Positions 16,602 to 20,446 of a DNA stretch of 20,446 bases are shown piece by piece; positions within the stretch are counted from its first letter, which is position 1; every line of letters starts with the position of its first letter. The position numbers were made by a program, and so were the translations under genes. This DNA is from an uncultured bacterium (GTDB lineage: Bacteria; Edwardsbacteria; AC1; EtOH8), in assembly GCA_963780225.1 (NCBI GenBank), contig CAWAAX010000002.1:1-20446 (forward strand), read 5' to 3'. The notes below the pieces were generated by a model. It saw only the letters and a program-made list of their open reading frames with translations. It was not told the origin of the DNA and made no database searches.

Positions 16602-17528
16602 CTAAGCTTTAATCAGATCCTTTGCCCGCTTAATAAAGTTCAGCATTTTAAGTTTTACCCAGTTCCCGTTATAACCCCCGGCATAGTGGTTAATAAATGT
16701 ATATTCATCGGCTGGCTCCGATATTCTTACTTCCGGGGGATGAACAATCGCACCTACGTCTCTGCTGGGCATATTGGCAAACGAACAGTCACCAGAAGTA
16801 TGGGTGGCCTCCCGGCCAAAACCGATATTGGACACCATGTTTACCCGGGGAATGATGGAAACCCCCTCGTTCCTCCAACTGGCATAGAGCCATTGGTAAT
16901 CCCAGGTATTTATTTCATTGTTGAATACTTTATCAAATGTCTCCGTCCAGTACCTTTGCTCTTCCGGTTTCTTGCAAATCCGTTTTATTCCCTCATTCCC
17001 CTTAAAGACCGGCCAGGTTTTCATTTCCCGGTCATAAGATTGCCAAGCCCTTTTCCAGGTGGCCCAGCCCCAGATGTGGCAGTATTTCGAGAAATAGTAA
17101 CTGTAAGGCCCTAAGTTTTTTCCGGCTTGGAAATTTGCCCCCCCAATCATCATCACTTTTTCCTGGTTTCTGTAATAAGGCAGCAGCTCCTGGCAAAAGC
17201 CGAAAAAACCGGGATCGGGCAGACAGTCATCTTCTAAAATGATGCCCTCTTCGACATTTTCGAAGAACCAGGTTATTGCCGAACTCACCGCCTTCTTGCA
17301 TCCCAGGTTTTTATCCCGGTAAAGTTTTTTCACCTGGCAGTCCCAATCGACCCCTTCGATCACTCTCCTAACTTGCCGGCAGATATCGTCCTCTCCGGCC
17401 ACATTTTCCCTGGGACCATCGGCGGCCACAAACAGCTGCCTCGGTTGGGCCTTTTTTATCCGGTCAAAGACCTTTTGGGTGACATCCGCCCGGTTGAATA
17501 TAAGGAATAGCACCGGCGTGTTCAGCAT
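16602..17528 (-). CDS. Nucleotide-diphospho-sugar transferase (GT-A fold; family often labelled 'hemolytic protein HlpA-like')
   Basis: TPVLFLIFNR, LFVAADGPR, NLGCKKAVSSAITWFF, GIILEDDC, HIWGWATWKRAW, TWDYQW, NMVSNIGFG..ATHT. Confidence 0.88.
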   Translation of the reverse strand: MLNTPVLFLIFNRADVTQKVFDRIKKAQPRQLFVAADGPRENVAGEDDICRQVRRVIEGVDWDCQVKKLYRDKNLGCKKAVSSAITWFFENVEEGIILEDDCLPDPGFFGFCQELLPYYRNQEKVMMIGGANFQAGKNLGPYSYYFSKYCHIWGWATWKRAWQSYDREMKTWPVFKGNEGIKRICKKPEEQRYWTETFDKVFNNEINTWDYQWLYASWRNEGVSIIPRVNMVSNIGFGREATHTSGDCSFANMPSRDVGAIVHPPEVRISEPADEYTFINHYAGGYNGNWVKLKMLNFIKRAKDLIKA

Positions 17529-18265
17529 TACCGCTGCCTCTGGGCGTCAATAAAGAACAGGGTATTTACCGTCTTGGCATAAAGCCTGTAGCCGGTTTTT
17601 TCTAAAAAGCCGACAACCTGGCTTTTCCCCTTTTCATCAATTGTGAAATTATCCAGATCTTCGGTCATTACAATAGCCGGCCGGTATTTATCCCAATTAT
17701 TGGATTTCAAGACCTGAAGATCTAAACCTTCCACATCAACGCTCAGGAAATCTATCTCCTTAAACCTGTGGCTATGGCGGTCCAGTATGTCGGACAATTT
17801 TACGGTTTTAATTTCACGGGTGCCCGTTATGAAATAGCCCCCGTTTTTGTCCCTTCCCCTTGACAATTCTTTGTGGAACCCGTTAAGGGCGGGCTCGTTA
17901 AAAATGTAGTAGGTAAGAATCTCTTCTTTATCTGAAACAGCGGCCTCGAGGTTTAGGTCTCTTTCCCTGTCCCGGTCAAAGGCCTTCATGCATCCCGGCA
18001 TCGCATCGATATTTATACCCGACCAGCCTTTCTTATAAAAACAGTAGGTGTTTGAAAATCTTTGGGGATGGTGGGCCCCCACATCAATATAAAAACCAAA
18101 CCCCTTTTTATTCTCAAAAAAACGGGCCAAAAGCGTATCCTCGCCTTCCTGGGAATAAGACATGTTGACATACCTGAAAGGCTCGGTGAATATTTCCTGA
18201 AAGAATTTCGGAGTTAATCGCCGCACAGCCTTTTTTATTATTGCCAGACCTTTTTCCATTTCCAT
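17528..18265 (-). CDS. FkbM family methyltransferase
   Basis: SYSQEGED, GFYIDVGAHHP..FSNT, GWSGINIDA, IDFLSVDVEGLDLQVLKS. Alternative start 18259 has better RBS spacing. Confidence 0.93.
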   Translation of the reverse strand: MEMEKGLAIIKKAVRRLTPKFFQEIFTEPFRYVNMSYSQEGEDTLLARFFENKKGFGFYIDVGAHHPQRFSNTYCFYKKGWSGINIDAMPGCMKAFDRDRERDLNLEAAVSDKEEILTYYIFNEPALNGFHKELSRGRDKNGGYFITGTREIKTVKLSDILDRHSHRFKEIDFLSVDVEGLDLQVLKSNNWDKYRPAIVMTEDLDNFTIDEKGKSQVVGFLEKTGYRLYAKTVNTLFFIDAQRQR

Positions 18266-18278
18266 CCTCTGTAAAATA

Positions 18279-19547
18279 TTAATTCAGATCCCAAACACCC
18301 TTAAGCAAAACCGGGGCATTATTGTCAAAACCCGAACTGCCGGTCCCGTAGAAATCCCCGCCTTCAATATCAATAAAACCAATGCCATCTTGCGGCCAAT
18401 CCGACTCTACACCGTGGACTACAATGCGAGCTCCGATTCTATAGCGGCCAGCAGCGTAGAATAAATTATTGATTTTAAACCTTATTTCTCCGTCGTTCTT
18501 GTCTATCTTGAAAAGATCACCAGTATAGGAACTGTAAAGAACAGATAACATCACATTATGGTTGTCACTGAACGAAATACCAAAGTCAACATATTTTGCT
18601 TTAGCGGTATCCCGGCAATGATACCTGAAAACCATTATAACGTCCATCCCGCTTTGGGCGGAATTTATCCTGCGGCCCTGGCTGTCTTCCAGAAAGAAAC
18701 CCGTGAATTTGACCGCTTGGCTGCCCGATCTGTCGGTCCTGTCCGCTAAGGGACGTTCGTTAGTAAGATTGGGAAGGATCTGGTTGAGATAAAAATCTAT
18801 GGCCTTTTTTGGAGTATCCTCAAGGACCAGCCCATTATTTTCCAAGACATAGCATTTTGTACAAAGGTTTTCCACCGCCGACATATTATGGCTTACAAAA
18901 ATAATGGTTCGACCCTGCTGTTTGGAGACTTCGTCCATTTTGCCCAGGCACTTTTTCTGGAACTGGGCGTCACCCACCGCCAGCACCTCGTCCACCAGCA
19001 GGATTTCCGGCTCCAGGTGTGCAGCCACCGCAAAAGCCAGCCGGACGTACATGCCCGATGAATAACGCTTGACCGGAGTGTCTAAAAATTTCTCCACCTC
19101 TGAGAAGGCTACGATCTCGTCGAACTTGCTTTTGATCTCTTGCCGCCCCATCCCCAGGATGGCGCCGTTCAAGAAAATGTTCTCTCTCCCGGTCAGCTCG
19201 GGATGGAAGCCTGTCCCCACTTCCAGCAGACTGGCCACCCGGCCTTGGATCTCGATCCGTCCCTGAGTGGGCTCGGTGATGCGGCTCAACAATTTCAACA
19301 GGGTGGATTTTCCCGCCCCGTTACGGCCGATCACCCCAACCTTTTCCCCGGGCTTGATTTCAAAGGAGACATCCTTTAATGCCCAGAAATCCTCCTGGCC
19401 CGGGCCCGGTGTTCTATCCCTGACGAAAAGGCTCTTTGCCTTCTGGGTCAGGACATCCCTCAGGGCCTCATAACGCATCCCTGTCTGTTGATGGCTGATC
19501 CGGTACCTTTTGCCAAGGTTTTGGACTTTGATGATGGCGTTGCTCAT
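18279..19547 (-). CDS. wzt: Polysaccharide ABC transporter ATP-binding protein with C-terminal (Wzt_C-like carbohydrate-binding) domain
   Basis: FWALKDVSF, Walker A GRNGAGKST, LEVGTGFHPELTGRENI, signature YSSGM, Walker B ILLVDE, H-loop FVSH, then a beta-rich C-terminal extension. ATG 19547 overlaps the wzm TGA (ATGA). Confidence 0.95.
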   Translation of the reverse strand: MSNAIIKVQNLGKRYRISHQQTGMRYEALRDVLTQKAKSLFVRDRTPGPGQEDFWALKDVSFEIKPGEKVGVIGRNGAGKSTLLKLLSRITEPTQGRIEIQGRVASLLEVGTGFHPELTGRENIFLNGAILGMGRQEIKSKFDEIVAFSEVEKFLDTPVKRYSSGMYVRLAFAVAAHLEPEILLVDEVLAVGDAQFQKKCLGKMDEVSKQQGRTIIFVSHNMSAVENLCTKCYVLENNGLVLEDTPKKAIDFYLNQILPNLTNERPLADRTDRSGSQAVKFTGFFLEDSQGRRINSAQSGMDVIMVFRYHCRDTAKAKYVDFGISFSDNHNVMLSVLYSSYTGDLFKIDKNDGEIRFKINNLFYAAGRYRIGARIVVHGVESDWPQDGIGFIDIEGGDFYGTGSSGFDNNAPVLLKGVWDLN

Positions 19548-20371
19548 ATAATATCGGCAAATGTCTTTTCGGTGCGGCGGAAATAAAGCAGCCCGGTAAT
19601 GAACACCATTATGGTAAGCACTACCGACAAAGCAAATCCCGGCCAGTAGATTGCGCTTTGGCCCCCGAAGACGCAATAGCGGAAACCGTCAATCACCCCC
19701 ACCATGGGGTTGAGGGAATACAACAGCCGCCAGCGCTCCGGGACCACGCTGGAAGAGAATCCCACCGGTGAGATGTACAACCCGACCTGGACTATGAAGG
19801 GAACGATATGGCGAAAGTCCCGGTATTTGACGTTGAGGGCCGCTATCCACAGACCGAAACCGAACGCTGCCAGGAAGGCCAGCAGCAAAAAGACCGGCAG
19901 AAAAACAATCCTCCAGTCGGGAACAAACCGGTACCACAGCATCAGGGCGGCAAACAGGACCAGGGAAATGGCAAAATCCACCAGGCTGACGATCACCGAG
20001 CTGGCCGGCAGCACCACCCTGGGGAAATAGATCTTGGAGATCATGTTGGCGTTTCCGATCAGGCTGTTGCTGCTTTCGGAAAGCGAATTGGCAAAGAACT
20101 GCCAGGGCAGCATGGCGGCGAACACCAGCAAGGGATAGGGCACCCCGCCCGACGGCAGCTTGGCCAGCCGGCCGAAGATGAGGGTAAAGACCACCATGGT
20201 CAGCAGCGGCCGCACCACGCTCCAGGCGACGCCGATTACGGTCTGCTTGTAGCGGACCAGGATGTCGCGCCAGGACAAAAACCAGAAAAGCTCCCGGTAG
20301 CGCCACAGGTCCCGCCAATAGTTGCTTTCGGACCGTCCCGGCTCTATTATTATGTGATGTGGTTCATTCAT
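19544..20371 (-). CDS. wzm: Polysaccharide ABC transporter permease
   Basis: DLWRYRELFWFLSWRDILVRYKQTVIGVAW, ISKIYFPR, LNVKYRD, LNPMVGVIDGFR, FRRTEKTFAD. Start uncertain (20371, 20395 or 20413). Confidence 0.95.
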   Translation of the reverse strand: MNEPHHIIIEPGRSESNYWRDLWRYRELFWFLSWRDILVRYKQTVIGVAWSVVRPLLTMVVFTLIFGRLAKLPSGGVPYPLLVFAAMLPWQFFANSLSESSNSLIGNANMISKIYFPRVVLPASSVIVSLVDFAISLVLFAALMLWYRFVPDWRIVFLPVFLLLAFLAAFGFGLWIAALNVKYRDFRHIVPFIVQVGLYISPVGFSSSVVPERWRLLYSLNPMVGVIDGFRYCVFGGQSAIYWPGFALSVVLTIMVFITGLLYFRRTEKTFADII

Positions 20372-20431
20372 ATTGTTGATTGTTGATTGGCCCATGGCCT
20401 GCCTATTTTTCATGCGCCCCCTGCCCCTTGC
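20372..20431. repeat. Short heptamer repeats upstream of wzm
   Basis: ATTGTTG ATTGTTG ATTG (20372-20389) and CATGCGC CCCCTGC CCCTTGC (20411-20431). Confidence 0.4.
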
Positions 20432-20446
20432 TTTCAACTTCCCTGT

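Noticed and set aside
16602..17528. Haemolysin function suggested by the 'HlpA-like' family label
   Set aside because: The GT-A motifs (EDD, WGWATW) and operon context indicate a sugar transferase.
73..20386. Numerous plus-strand and alternative-frame ORFs in the track (e.g. 1513-2376, 2862-3506, 7818-8564, 19808-20386)
   Set aside because: They overlap well-supported minus-strand genes, have no recognisable motifs, and are expected shadow ORFs in GC-rich coding DNA.
20403..20446. Possible 3' end of an upstream gene (...REVESKGQGAHEK*)
   Set aside because: Only about 13 codons are visible, so it cannot be supported or identified.

Overview
The whole window is one minus-strand surface-glycan biosynthesis/export locus, transcribed right to left and running off the left edge. 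It encodes an ABC exporter (wzm, and wzt with a C-terminal accessory domain), three SAM-methyltransferase-like proteins, about 11 single-domain glycosyltransferase(-like) proteins (GT2, GT4, GT32-like, CgeB-like and unclassified GT-A), GDP-L-fucose synthase (fcl, no gmd in view) and an O-antigen ligase/oligosaccharyltransferase-family membrane protein. It ends with an initiation module: WbpV-like reductase/epimerase, PglC-type phosphoglycosyl transferase and a CapD/PglF-like dehydratase (partial, missing from the ORF track). No RNA genes, transposases or CRISPR arrays are visible. The least explained signals are in the few longer spacers: a 7-bp-periodic two-block repeat tract that supplies the ligase stop codon, a CGCAGATT tandem plus REP-like hairpin upstream of the ligase, heptamer repeats upstream of wzm, a perfect 10-bp inverted repeat beside an AT-rich GT4 gene, and an apparent decayed copy of the wzt-fkbM junction. 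There is also a GC break inside wzt. Together these suggest a mosaic locus remodelled at repeat-marked junctions (inference). The host organism cannot be determined.
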